Part shown: positions 1 through 10,864 of the stretch, piece by piece
Numbering within the stretch: the stretch's first letter is position 1
How the letters are laid out: the number at the start of each line of letters is the position of its first letter
Source: an uncultured Chloroflexia bacterium
GTDB taxonomy: Bacteria > Chloroflexota > Limnocylindria > QHBO01
DNA: 64,000 bases
Direction of reading: 5' to 3'
Assembly (NCBI GenBank): GCA_963825525.1
Contig: CAWGTN010000002.1
Location: 160,001 to 224,000, forward strand
The notes under the pieces: generated by a model
The model's database searches: none
Told to the model about the DNA's origin: nothing
The model's input: the letters and a program-made list of their open reading frames with translations, nothing else
Made by a program: the position numbers and the translations under genes

Positions 1-1
1 C

Positions 2-1972
2 GCGAGCGAAGACGTAGGCCTGCCATTCGTGGCCTGCCGCCTCGCACCTCCACCAGACCTTGCGTCCGGATCCTGGCGTGACCTCGTGAGGTCGCAGCTG
101 GCCATTCCTTTCGGGATGCCACTCGCGCGCCAGGTGCGGAGAGTCGGCCGCGAGCGAGTCCTTCGGGTGTACCCGATTGCCCATGCAGAATGGACAGCGA
201 CTGAGGTGTGCGGCGCGGTCAGTGATGCGGGCCGCCCAGACGTGGTCCTCGTCGTGGTGGCACTGCCAGAACACCCGTGACGTGCTCGTGGCCCGCAGCG
301 TGGTCGGATCGCTACCCCAGTTGAGGCTGTAGTCCCAGTCGCGCATGAGATCGGATAGGTCGGCTACGCATTTCCCACGAACACTTCGGCGTCTTCGTGG
401 CTCCGCCCGTCGTCGTCGAGTCCCGCGATGCAAAGGCTTCTGCCCCGCCGCGCTCCGTCGCGCCTCTTCTTCCTGGTAGCGCCGATACTTGATGGCCGCG
501 CTCGTGCGGCGCTTGGCGACCTTCTCCTCGTGGAGCTGACGCATCTCGGCGTCGTGAACCAGCTGCGCCAGCGAGCTGCGGCCGCCGTGGTCTTCCCAGG
601 CGTGCCAGTCGGCCACGTTCGAGCTGTGAGCGGTCGCGGTGAAGTGCTGGCGCAGAACGGAGAGGATCACGCCCTTGGATGCGTTGCCGCGGATCGACAG
701 CATCATCAGCGCGAGGATCTTGTTCAGCCGGCGGGCGTTCTGGTAGCGGCCCGCCCGCGGCTTGATGTACGTCGCCAGGTGCTCGCGGATCGTCCCTTCG
801 ACGTTCCCGCTGCCGACGGGCCTGTCGCGTCCGGTGCTCACCAACCGGCTGCGGTTGTCCTCGGCCAGCAGGCACTGCACCTGGATGAGGGGATCGTTCG
901 TGGCTATCCACGACCGCAGCTCGGTGCGATCCGGCGGGACGTGCTCATCCACCATGGCCTTGAACAGATCCCACTCGGCGAGGCTGCCCTGGCAGTAGGT
1001 CATCTGGTTGAACAGTGGGTGCGGCTCAAATTCCTGGATCTGCTGGTTCCACGGCCACATGGCGCGCTTGGGCTTCTGGAGCTTGATTGGGTCGGTGATG
1101 CGCACGGTGCGCTCCACGCCATCGAGGACGGCGTAGTCCTCCATCAGACGCTTGAGGTGGTCTCGCGAGCGGAACAGGATGGCGTTCGGCCAGACCTCGC
1201 GGACCGCCTTGGCGATGCCGCGATCCAGGTCGGCGACGACCCACTCGGGCTCGCCGGCAAGGGTCGAGAAGAAGTCGCGCCATGAGTACGAGTCCTTGCC
1301 CCCCTGGACCTGGATGAGACACGGCTTGCCCTTTTGGCCAGTGTGGTCGATCGCCACCATGATCTCGCCGGCGTTGAGGTCGCCCACCTTTACGCCATCG
1401 CGGTAGCCGCGCGTGCGTAGCGGCATGGAGTCGATCGCGATGACCTTCGGCCACTCCTTCGGCGCCAGCGCATCGATAACGATCGGGGCATAAGCGTCGA
1501 TGTAGCCGCTGGCCAAGTGACCTTCCTGGCTCGTCTGCCCCGGGCCGATGTGTCTCCACTGGCGCCGGACCGTGCGGTGGATGTCCTCGCGCCGCTTCTT
1601 GCTCGAGCGGCGCTGAGACCCGCCGTTGCTGACGTGATCGAGCAGATCGGCCATCTCGGCCAAGGCGAACAGAAAGTGTCGCCCGGTGCGATGACCCTCA
1701 TGCCGCTCGAACTCGTGCTCGCATGTCCAGCAGGCTTGGCCGGAGTGCGGATGCGACGGAGACGGCTGGCGGACGGGACGCGGCGGCGCGAAGGCGTGCA
1801 GTCGCCGGCCGTTGACGATGCAGCGATAACGCGGCCGGCGGTGCTTGTCGTTCCAGGTGCCGAAGTAGCCGTCGAGGCGGACGGTGCTGGTCGGGTGGCG
1901 CGGGCAGCTGGGTCGGTGAGCGTCCATCCGTGGCCGCCCCCGTCCCCGCTTGACCTGACCCGTGCTCCCCAT
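2..1972 (-). CDS. IS256/Mutator-like DDE transposase fused to C-terminal DUF4379-type zinc-ribbon repeats; 3' end lies outside the window
   Basis: Manual translation of the minus strand from ATG at 1972 stays open to the window edge, so it is absent from the ORF track. Motifs: KRGRGRPR, CPRH..RYRC, VIAIDSMPL, SWRDFFSTL..WVVADLDRGIAKAVREVWPNA..SRDH, GSGNVEGTIR, then VFWQCHHDEDHVW..CPFC and EWHPERNGQLRPHEVTPGSGRKVWWRCEAAGHEW. Confidence 0.75.
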   Translation of the reverse strand, partial: MGSTGQVKRGRGRPRMDAHRPSCPRHPTSTVRLDGYFGTWNDKHRRPRYRCIVNGRRLHAFAPPRPVRQPSPSHPHSGQACWTCEHEFERHEGHRTGRHFLFALAEMADLLDHVSNGGSQRRSSKKRREDIHRTVRRQWRHIGPGQTSQEGHLASGYIDAYAPIVIDALAPKEWPKVIAIDSMPLRTRGYRDGVKVGDLNAGEIMVAIDHTGQKGKPCLIQVQGGKDSYSWRDFFSTLAGEPEWVVADLDRGIAKAVREVWPNAILFRSRDHLKRLMEDYAVLDGVERTVRITDPIKLQKPKRAMWPWNQQIQEFEPHPLFNQMTYCQGSLAEWDLFKAMVDEHVPPDRTELRSWIATNDPLIQVQCLLAEDNRSRLVSTGRDRPVGSGNVEGTIREHLATYIKPRAGRYQNARRLNKILALMMLSIRGNASKGVILSVLRQHFTATAHSSNVADWHAWEDHGGRSSLAQLVHDAEMRQLHEEKVAKRRTSAAIKYRRYQEEEARRSAAGQKPLHRGTRRRRAEPRRRRSVRGKCVADLSDLMRDWDYSLNWGSDPTTLRATSTSRVFWQCHHDEDHVWAARITDRAAHLSRCPFCMGNRVHPKDSLAADSPHLAREWHPERNGQLRPHEVTPGSGRKVWWRCEAAGHEWQAYVFAR

Positions 1973-2025
1973 GAGCTCGATGCTGACGGGTAAATGCGAC
2001 AGCTTCGATGGCGCGAAGGTCCCAT

Positions 2026-3684
2026 CTATTCGTCGAGGTGCACCACCGTCTCGTCCCACGTGATCCCGCACTCCTCGCAGAGCCGCTCGTCCCGGAGTCG
2101 GAGTCGGAAGTGGATGCCGGGGGCAATAGATCGGTCGACCGCCACTAGGAAGGCATGCGGCGATGCGTCGGATGTGCATCCGAAGTTGTCCGGAACTTCG
2201 TCGAGGAACAGGTCGGCGGACAGCTGTTCAAACTCCCCGTACATCAACCCTTCTTGCACCTCCACGCCGACACCCGTGAACGCGATCCACGGACACGTGC
2301 TGCTGATGGGGGGCACGAACTGCACAACGAACTCGCTGTCGAAGTCGACCGTCGGCGGCGCTCCGCCAGACTGCGAGAACCACAGGCGCGGGAATTCCTC
2401 GGCAGTCAGAGCGACATCCACGATCTCGGAGCTGACTGTTACAGCCAGCTGGTTCGCCGTCGAGGATGCCAGCAGGCGCCAGCCGTCGCCCGACGCGGGC
2501 TGAACGCCGGGTGGCGGCGTCCACAGCGGATCCGCGAGCGGCGCCTCGACCACCGGATCCGGGCCATCCCCATGGATCTCGCCGACGAGGAACTGCTGCT
2601 CGCACCACAACTGCTGCTCCTCGGGGCTCATCCGTGGGAAGCCCTCCAACCGCGGCGCCTTGGTGCATACGACCGCACCGGGCCCGAAGGATCCGGTGAT
2701 CTCCACCTCCTCTCCGCGCTTGACGCGGTCGTCGTTGAGCCAGGCGAGCGTCAGGGGATCGGTGAACATGTGCAGCGGAAAGAAGCGGTACCCAGACTCC
2801 ATGCCCGGCGGAACGAATGAGGCGTTGGGTAGGGCGGTGAGATAGGCCGGATCCCCCGGGTATAGGGCTTCCCCCTGCAAGCCCCCGGACAGCACGCCGC
2901 GCATCGTGATGATTTCTGCGATGTCGTAGCACTGATGGCGCACGGGCTCGGGAATGCGATACAGGTCTTCAGGGCGATCCGGACACGTCCAGTCCACCGC
3001 TTCGAGCGTTGGGCCGACGAGAGTCTCAGGCGCCGGGATGCCCCAGCCCGGGGAGCTCAAACCCGCAACTTCGAGGTTGGCCGCCACCCAGCCGAAGACC
3101 CACTCGTTCGGCGCACCCGACTGGCAGCAGAACTCGAACTCGACGCGGTACCACTCGGTCTCGCCGTCGTGCAGCACGTCAACCACCAGGACGTGGTGAT
3201 CTGGCTCGAGGAGGGCCCACTGGCTGCCCCCGGGCTCATCGACGACCGCAGCCGCCCCGCTCACGACGGCCAATGTGCCCGGGCCGATTGCCGCATCGAC
3301 ATCGGTGGGAGATGGCACGGGGCTTGGCGGCAGCGCAGACGGCGCTGGAGCCGTGGGCCTGGCCGAGGGCGATGGAGCGGGCGTGGCGACCAGCTGCGAG
3401 CCGATGGCCACGCTGCCGATCGCCAACAGCACCGCGACCCCCGCGGCGGCGACGCCTGTCCATGAGCGCCGTCCAATGGCAGGGGCGACAAGGAGTGGAT
3501 CGGCCGGCAGTGGCTCGGTGCGGCGCCGCGCCAGGGCGGACTCCAGTCCATTGGCGAAGGAATGGGCAGCGTTTGCGGTTGCCCGACACGCTTCGCACCC
3601 GGCCAGATGCTCGGCTTCGGCCGCCGTCAGCTCGCGCCCTTCGGCGATGGCGGCATGGATCCGGCTCGCGTAGCGGTCGCTCAT
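2026..3684 (-). CDS. Zinc-finger (ZAS) anti-sigma factor with one TM helix and a large extracytoplasmic domain
   Basis: N-terminal HLAGCEAC (HxxxCxxC), TM segment, Pro-rich linker; overlaps the stop of the upstream ECF sigma. Confidence 0.7.
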   Translation of the reverse strand: MSDRYASRIHAAIAEGRELTAAEAEHLAGCEACRATANAAHSFANGLESALARRRTEPLPADPLLVAPAIGRRSWTGVAAAGVAVLLAIGSVAIGSQLVATPAPSPSARPTAPAPSALPPSPVPSPTDVDAAIGPGTLAVVSGAAAVVDEPGGSQWALLEPDHHVLVVDVLHDGETEWYRVEFEFCCQSGAPNEWVFGWVAANLEVAGLSSPGWGIPAPETLVGPTLEAVDWTCPDRPEDLYRIPEPVRHQCYDIAEIITMRGVLSGGLQGEALYPGDPAYLTALPNASFVPPGMESGYRFFPLHMFTDPLTLAWLNDDRVKRGEEVEITGSFGPGAVVCTKAPRLEGFPRMSPEEQQLWCEQQFLVGEIHGDGPDPVVEAPLADPLWTPPPGVQPASGDGWRLLASSTANQLAVTVSSEIVDVALTAEEFPRLWFSQSGGAPPTVDFDSEFVVQFVPPISSTCPWIAFTGVGVEVQEGLMYGEFEQLSADLFLDEVPDNFGCTSDASPHAFLVAVDRSIAPGIHFRLRLRDERLCEECGITWDETVVHLDE

Positions 3685-4206
3685 CGATCGGCTTCCTGCC
3701 AGGCCGCTGCCAGGCGCCGGCGGGCGCGGAAGGCGATGGTGCGGGCGTTGGTGTGGGTCGTGCCGACGATGCGTGCGATCTCGTCGAGCTGGTAGCCATA
3801 GGCGTGCTGAAGGACGAGCACTGTGCGCTCACGGGCCGGGAGCTGGTCGACCAGCTCATCCAGGCTCGCTCGCGGCGGGGTGTTGGCCTGCCTCTGCGCC
3901 AGCAGCGGCAGGCGGTCGAGGAGGCCGCGCCGGCGCCGGTGATGGTTGAAGGCAGTCGTCGCCACGATGCGGGTGAGCCACGCGTCGAGTGCTCCTGACA
4001 TCGCGGAGCTGCCCGATCTTGGCGCGCGCCCGCAGGTAGGCGTCCTGGACCACGTCCTCGGCGGTGTCGGGGCCGACCAGGCTGCGCGCCGCGGCCAACA
4101 GCCGCGGCTTCAGCTCGACGAAGCGCTCGTCCAGTAGCCGATCGGTTGTCTTGATAGCCGGTACCGCGACGGGCTCGGTCACTTCCACCCCAACTGTCGT
4201 AATCAT
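3681..4206 (-). CDS. ECF RNA polymerase sigma factor (one frameshift near 3995)
   Basis: AEDVVQDAYLRA (region 2) in ORF 3856-4206; LPARERTVLVLQHAYGYQLDEIARIVG (region 4) in ORF 3681-4001. Confidence 0.8.
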
Positions 4207-4426
4207 CGCATTGACAGGACACCCGGGATCGTCGCGGTGTTGCGCCGCTTGTCAACGAGCCGGTGAAGAAGTGTCCCGTCTGCGGCGGTAGGCGGATCTC
4301 GCGCGGCGCCTCTCTGCCATCGGAAAGGTTGGTGTAACGCGATCAGGTATGGTGCGTGGGATCGGGTCGAGCCCGCGCGAGCTCCCCGAGTGGCGACGAA
4401 TTCGCCCACCCAGCCCGCACAGAATG

Positions 4427-4513
4427 TGGTGCCGGAGGTGGGACTTGAACCCACACGAGCTTGCACTCATCGGTGTTTGAGACCGACGCGTCTGCCGATT
4501 CCGCCACTCCGGC
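4427..4513 (-). tRNA. tRNA-Leu(CAA)
   Basis: GCCGGAGTGGCGGAATCGGCAGACGCG..anticodon loop CTCAAAC..GGTTCAAGTCC..CCA, long variable arm; TATAAT at 4532-4527 upstream. Confidence 0.95.
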
Positions 4514-4540
4514 CGGGGGAGCCGTCATTATAGGAAGCCA

Positions 4541-5152
4541 ATGGTCGAGCCCCCCGGAAGACTCCCGCTCGTCGCACGCAGCCGCTTCCGGACGAGGCGG
4601 ATGTCATCGCGCGTGCGGCTGACGGAGACCGGACGGCGTTCGCCCAGCTCATGGAGCACTACCAGAGTGCCTGCTTCGGCCTCGCCATGCGCCTTCTCAG
4701 CGATGCCGATCAGGCCGCCGATGCCACGCAGGACGCATTCATCCACGCCTATCGGGCCATCGGCTCGATACCGCGGCGGGATCTTTCGCTCGTGGCTGCT
4801 GCGCATCACCGCCAACGCCAGCTACGACATCCTGCGACGCCAGCAGCGCCGCCCGACGACCACGCTTCCCGACCCGGACGAGGGGGCGCCCGAGCTGCCC
4901 GATCTCGGCGCCGTCAATCCGCTGATCGAGGCCACCAAGAGCGAGCTGTACCGACACCTGGACGTGGCGCTCAGGAAGCTGCCGGAGGACCAGCGAACCG
5001 CGATCGTGCTCTGCGACGTCTACGGCATGGACTACAACGAGGTGGCCGCGATGACGCAATCCGCCCTCGGAACGGTGAAGTCACGCATCCATCGGGGACG
5101 GCTGCGGCTGCGAGAGCTCATGGCCGAGCACCGGGAACTCTTCGCGAGATGA
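4541..5152 (+). CDS. ECF sigma factor (SigW/SigE-like; compensating frameshifts)
   Basis: AFAQLMEHYQ..ADATQDAFIHAY (4651 frame), then FRSWLLRITAN..LPEDQRTAIVLCDVYGMDYNEVA..GTVKSRIHRGR. Confidence 0.85.
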   Translation: MVEPPGRLPLVARSRFRTRRMSSRVRLTETGRRSPSSWSTTRVPASASPCAFSAMPIRPPMPRRTHSSTPIGPSARYRGGIFRSWLLRITANASYDILRRQQRRPTTTLPDPDEGAPELPDLGAVNPLIEATKSELYRHLDVALRKLPEDQRTAIVLCDVYGMDYNEVAAMTQSALGTVKSRIHRGRLRLRELMAEHRELFAR

Positions 5153-5171
5153 TGACGTCTGGACACGTGGC

Positions 5172-5835
5172 ATGCTGATACCCAACCACCCTGACGACGA
5201 GTGGCTCTCGGCCTTCGCGGCGGACGACCCGGAGGCGGTTGACCCTGCCCAGGCGAGTCACGTTGCGTCGTGCGAGCGCTGCACGGCGGTCGTGACCGAG
5301 CTCGCGTCGTTGCGCATGGCGCTCGCCGAGCTGCCCGATCTGGCGCCGAGTCGTCCGCTTCAGCTCGTCCCGGCCGTTCCGTCTGGCTCCGCAACCTGCC
5401 GATCGCGTTGGTGGCTGGGTGCGGCGGTTCTTCACTCCCGCGCTGGCCGCCGGAGCGGCCATCGCCCTTGTCGGCGCGGTCGGCACCACGACGACGAATC
5501 TGGCGAGCTCGACAGTCGGACTCTGCAGCGACCGATCAGGCCGCACGCGAGAATTTCGGACAACCGGCCGCCTCCGCCGGAGGGGCTGCCGGGCTGGGCG
5601 CCTCGTCAGACGGCGGCGCGTCGCCCGCCACGGAGTCGCTTCGATCCCAGGCTCTCGCCCCGGATGAAGCGGGTACTGACGGGAACGAGATTCGGACCTT
5701 CGACGCCGAGAACGACGGATCGCCGCTCAATCTCGCCGCTGACCGGTCCCTGTGGCCGATGGTGCTCTTCTCGGCGTCGCGCTCATGATTGCGGCGCTGC
5801 TCCTGCGCTGGATCCTGGTCCCTCGAGCCGGGCAG
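5172..5835 (+). CDS. Membrane ZAS anti-sigma factor (several frameshifts; end approximate)
   Basis: HPDDEWLSAF..HVASCERC; TM segments in successive frames; directly after the ECF sigma. Confidence 0.6.
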
Positions 5836-5855
5836 CACTCCGCCGCTCGGCCGAG

Positions 5856-6389
5856 CTATCGTGTGTCAGAGCGCCAGGCGAGCCCGCCGCGACGACTCCG
5901 GCGAGCAGCAACAGCATCACTGCCGCCAGCCAGGACCGCCGCCCAGGCCGAATCCCGGAAGGTCGTCGGAACGGGCTCGGGCCGTTGCGGGCGTCGCGTG
6001 CGCGGGGATCGGCACCTCGCCCGGGGCGCGAACGGTGCGCGGAGCCGCCCGCGTCTCGGCCGCGGTCGCTCGCCACGTGGCCCAGGTCCGCGTCGAGGTT
6101 GGCGCCGACGGCGTGATCGGCGAGCGTGACGCGCCCCAGTGGCCGGCCGACGGCGTGCCGGACGACGGATGGGCAGCGGTCGTACTCCCGACGCGACGTA
6201 CGGGTTCGAGAGGACCACCCATGCCTCGTTGATCCGCCGCATGCGCTCCGCGGCCTCGGCGGCACCCTCGTGGAGGTCGGGGTGATGGCGCTTCGCCAGC
6301 CGCCGATGCGCACGGGCCACCTGGAGCGGCGTCGCGTCGCGCGTCACGCCCAGCACGGCGTACGGATCGAGGATCCGGCGTCCGGTCAT
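5856..6389 (-). CDS. J-domain (DnaJ-like) protein with probable C-terminal TM segment (frameshifted)
   Basis: DPYAVLGV..RRLAKRHHPD..MRRINEAWVVLS. Confidence 0.75.
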   Translation of the reverse strand: MTGRRILDPYAVLGVTRDATPLQVARAHRRLAKRHHPDLHEGAAEAAERMRRINEAWVVLSNPYVASGVRPLPIRRPARRRPATGARHARRSRRRRQPRRGPGPRGERPRPRRGRLRAPFAPRARCRSPRTRRPQRPEPVPTTFRDSAWAAVLAGGSDAVAARRSRRGGLAWRSDTR

Positions 6390-6445
6390 CGGCACGATTC
6401 TACGGCGGCCCGCAGGCCGCCATCGGGCTAGACTCAGACCCACCG

Positions 6446-9362
6446 ATGCCCGACCGCAGACCCCTCCTCATGCTCATCGACGGGCCGAGCCTCGTCTACC
6501 GCGGCTACTTCGCGCTGCCGCCGCTGACGATGTCCGACGGGACGCTGGTGAACGCCGTGTTCGGCTTCCTCCAGATCGTGCTGCGCGGCATGCAGGACGT
6601 GAAGCCGGACTTCGCGATCGTCAGCTTCGACGTCGGCAAGCCGCAGTTCCGCTTCGACGCGTATCCCGAGTACAAGGCGGGCCGGCCGAGCATGCCGGAC
6701 GACCTCCGCGGCGCAGTTCCCGATCGTGCGCGAGATCGCGGCGATGATGGGCATGCCGATCCGCGAGCTCGAGGGCTACGAGGCGGACGACGTGATCGGC
6801 ACGCTCGTCCAAGAAGGCGACCGCCGCAGGGCGTCGACACCATGATCGTCTCGGGCGACCTCGACGGGCTGCAGCTCGTGGACGACCACGTGCGCCTGCT
6901 CACCACCCGGATGGGCGTGGCGTCCACGGTCATCTACGACGAAGCGAAGGTCCACGAGCGATACGGCCTGCGCCCCGACCAGATGCTCGACTACAAGGCG
7001 CTCAAGGGCGACACCTCGGACAACATCCCCGGCGTCCCGGGGGTGGGGGAGAAGACCGCCATCAGCCTCCTCCAGCAGTTCGGGACGCTGGACGGCGATC
7101 TACGAGCGCCTCGACGAGGTGAAGGGCAAGATGCGCGACCGGCTGGCCGAGCATCGCGAGTCGGCCTTCATGTCGCGCCAGATCGGCCGCATCGTGACCG
7201 ACCTGCCGGTCGAGCTGGACCTCGAGGAGGCGAGGACCGGCCGATACGACCGCCGCGCGGTGGCCCAGCGCTTCCGCGAGCTCGAGTTCCGATCGCTGAT
7301 CGACCGTCTGCCGGCATCGAGCATCGCGCCGACCGGCTTCGACAACCCGGAGCCAGGAGACGCGCGGCGGGCTCCAGCTCAGCCTCGACCTGCTGGGCGG
7401 CCGCGGGCCGGCGGCTCCCACGGGCGCTGGGAACGCCGAGGCGACGCCCGATCGGCCGGATCCGCTCGCCGACCCGGGCGGGGCCATCGAGCACGTCGAT
7501 CCGCGCATCGCGCGGACGGCGGCGGACCTCGACGAGCTGGGCGCGTGGCTCGAGGCCCATGGCGACGAGATCGGCCTCGGCTGGGCGGTGGGAGCGGGCC
7601 GCCCGCTCGAGCGGAGGCTGTACGGCATCGCCCTGGCCGCCAACGACGCGAGTGCGCTGGTACGTGCCCTGCGATCCCGGCAGCATCGCCGTCGAGCGGC
7701 TGCCGGACTGGCTCACGCGGGATGGTCGCGATCCGCATCGGGCATGACCTGAAACAGCTCGTGACGACCCTGTGCGGCAGATCGACGGGCTGCGAGCTGC
7801 GCGGCACGTTCGTCGACACGCTCGTCGCGGGCTACATGGTCAACCCGGCGCTCCGCTCCCAGACCATCGAGGACCTGGCTGCCCAGCGCTTCGGCGCCGA
7901 GCTGCCTCCGCGAGCCGGTCAGCCCCGGAGACGGGCGCGGAGGAGCAGCGCGATGGCGCGCCGCGCCGCCGGCGAGGCGCTCGACGGCACTGCTCGCCCA
8001 CCCGATCCTCGCGCCGCGAGCTCGAGCGAGGGCGGCCTCGCTCGACCTGTTCGACGAGGTCGAGATGCCGCTGCTCCCGGTGCTGGCGCGGATGGAGCTC
8101 GCCGGGGTCGCGCTCGACCTCGAGACGCTGGCGGCGATGAGCGAAGAGTTCGGCGGCACCCTCGCCGGGCTGGAGTCGCGCATCTACGAGCTGGTGGGCC
8201 ACGAGTTCAACATCGGCTCGCCGAAGCAGCTCGAGACGATCCTCTTCGACGAGCTCGAGCTGCCCTCGACGAAGCGCACGCGGACCAGCCGGTCGACGGA
8301 CGCATCGGTGCTCGAGGAGCTGCGCGACAAGCACGAGGTCGTCCCGCTCATCCTCGAGCATCGCCAGGTCTCGAAGCTGAAGTCGACCTACGTCGATGCG
8401 CTGCCGACCCTGGTTGACGAGGAGGCGCGGCTCCACACGACCTACCAGCAGGCGGTGGCGGCGACCGGCCGCCTGTCGAGCACGGACCCCAACCTCCAGA
8501 ACATCCCGATCCGGACCGCGCTCGGCCGGCGCATCCGCCGCGCGTTCGTGGCGCCGCCGGGCAAGCTCCTGCTCGGCGCCGACTATTCGCAGCAGGAGCT
8601 GCGCATCCTGGCCCACGTGTCGCGGACGAGGGGCTGAAGGCGGACTTCGCCGCGCACGCCGACATCCACCTCGCCGCCGCCGCGCGGGTGCTCGGCCTGC
8701 AGCCGGATGCGGTGGGCCCCAAGGAGCGCAGCGTGGCGAAGATGATCAACTACGGGATCGCCTACGGCCTCTCCGACTTCGGGCTCGCCGAGCGGCTGAG
8801 CATCCCCCGCGAGGAGGCGCAGCGTCTTCATCGAGGATTACTTCGCCGCCTATCCCGGGATTCGCCGCTACACGATCGAGATGAAGATCCTGGCCCGCGA
8901 CCAGGGGTTCGTGACCACGCTGCTCGGTCGCCGGCGCTACCTGCCGGAGCTGGCGGCCCGGAACTCGGCGCTGCGCTCGGCCGGCGAGCGGATGGCGATC
9001 AACATGCCGATCCAGGGCACGGCGGCCGACGGCATGAAGATCGCCATGGTGCGCGTCGACGCGGCGCTCGCGCGAGCGCGGGCTCCGGTCGCGGATGCTG
9101 CTCCAGGTCCACGATGAGCTGGTGTTCGAGACGGACGAGGAGGAGCTGCCGATCCTGGCCGAGCTGGTCGAGGAGATCATGAAGGCCGCGCTGCCGCTGG
9201 ACGTCCCGCTCGAGGTCGACCTCAAGGTCGGGCAGAACTGGGAGGGCATGGACCGCTACCTGCGCTCCGATGACGGCTCGTGGCGGCGCGTGCCCGAAGT
9301 CCGCGGGCGACGTGGCCCGCGAGGAGGCCGAGGAGGAGGTCGCCGCGGAGCTGGTCTCCTAG
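6446..9362 (+). CDS. polA: DNA polymerase I (split by several frameshifts)
   Basis: LIDGPSLVYRGYFALP, GDTSDNIPGVPGVGEKTA, ATGRLSSTDPNLQNIP, ADYSQQELRILAH, AKMINYGIAYG, LLQVHDEL. Confidence 0.95.
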
Positions 9363-9369
9363 GCGCGCC

Positions 9370-10286
9370 ATGCCCGAGCTCCCCGAGGTCGAGACCGTCG
9401 CCCGCGACCTCCAGGGCTGGATCGCGGGTGCCACGATCGTCGGCGCCGACGTGCGCTGGGACCGGACGATTCGGCATCCGCAGCCGCCCGAGCGGTTCGT
9501 GGCCGAGATCGTGGGCGCCACCATTCGTCGCGTGGGCCGACGCGCGAAGACCGTGCTCCTGCACCTGCTCGACGGCCGGGTGATGACGGTCGCGCTGCGG
9601 ATGACCGGGGCCCTCATCGTCGCGTCGCCCGGGCACGCCGACGACCCGTACGCGCGCGTGATCTTCCGGCTGGCCGATGGCCGCGAGCTGCGCTACCGCG
9701 ACGTGCGCAAGTTCGGTCGGATCGGGCTCTGGCCCGGGGGCGGGCTGCGCGGCATCGGGGCGTGGCGGCGGGGCTCGATCGCGTCGCGTGGCGGAAGGCA
9801 GCCGACAGTTCCGCATCGGCGAAGTGTTCAGCGGTCACGGTCCGGAGCCGCTCGCGCGGCAGTTCAGCGCCGCGCGGATGGCGGAGCGGCTGCGCGGGCG
9901 GTCCGCGAAGATGAAGACCCTGCTGCTCGACCAGAGCTTCATCGCCGGCGTGGGCAACATCTACGCCGACGAGGCGCTGTGGCGGGCGCGGATCCATCCG
10001 CTGCGGACGGCCGACACGCTGCACGCCATCGGAGATTCGGCGGCTGCATCGAACCGTTCGCCAGGTGCTTCGCGAAGGAATCGCGAACCGCGGCGCGAGC
10101 TTCAGCGACTACGTCGGAGCCGATGGCCAGCCGGGCGCGAACGCAGAACGGCTTGCGGTCTATCAACGCACCGATCAGCCGTGCCATCGCTGCGGCAGGC
10201 CCATCCGGCGCATCGTGGTCGGACAGCGCAGCACCCATTTCTGCCCTCGCTGCCAGCCGGAGCCGGTAGCATCGGACACCGCATGA
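9370..10286 (+). CDS. mutM: Formamidopyrimidine-DNA glycosylase (frameshifted)
   Basis: [29 protein letters not shown]-terminal zinc finger [12 protein letters not shown]. Confidence 0.95.
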
Positions 10287-10855
10287 AGGTCATCGGCCTC
10301 ACCGGGAACATCGGCTGCGGCAAGAGCACCGTGGCGCGCATGCTGCGCCAGAACGGCGTGGCAACCGTCGACGCGGACGTCATCGGCCGTGAGATTCGCC
10401 TCAACGACGCCGACGTCCGCGCCGAGATCCTCGATCGATTCGGGACCTACCAGGCCGACGCGCTGTCGCGCATCGTGTTCGCCGATCCGTCCGCCCTGCG
10501 TGACCTCGAGCGAATCCTGCACCCGCGAATCCGCGGCGAGGTGCGCAGCCGGCTGGCCGAGCTGGGGCAGGGCGGCGTCGACGTCGCCGCGGTCGAGGTG
10601 ATCAAGCTGATCGAGTCGCCCCTGGCCGATGCCTGCGACGAGATCTGGGTCGTGCGCTGTGACGAGGCGGACGCCATCCGTCGCCTGGCGGAGTCGCGGG
10701 GCATGGACGAGGAGACCGCGCGTCGCCGGATGGCGAGCCAGTCCTCGCAGGAGGAGAAGCTGGCCGTGGCGGACGTGGTGATCGACGGGTCAGCGACGCT
10801 CGAGGAGACGCGTCAGCAGGTCGAGACCGCGCTGGCCGCACTCCGGACCGGCTGA
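10283..10855 (+). CDS. coaE: Dephospho-CoA kinase
   Basis: [27 protein letters not shown]; polA-mutM-coaE synteny. Confidence 0.93.
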   Translation: MKVIGLTGNIGCGKSTVARMLRQNGVATVDADVIGREIRLNDADVRAEILDRFGTYQADALSRIVFADPSALRDLERILHPRIRGEVRSRLAELGQGGVDVAAVEVIKLIESPLADACDEIWVVRCDEADAIRRLAESRGMDEETARRRMASQSSQEEKLAVADVVIDGSATLEETRQQVETALAALRTG

Positions 10856-10864
10856 GCGGGAGGC

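Noticed and set aside
428-1285. 285-aa plus-strand ORF at the window start
   Set aside because: Antisense shadow of the transposase frame.
9677-10855. Apparent MutM-CoaE fusion ORF
   Set aside because: The MutM zinc finger is in another frame ending at 10286; coaE starts at 10283.
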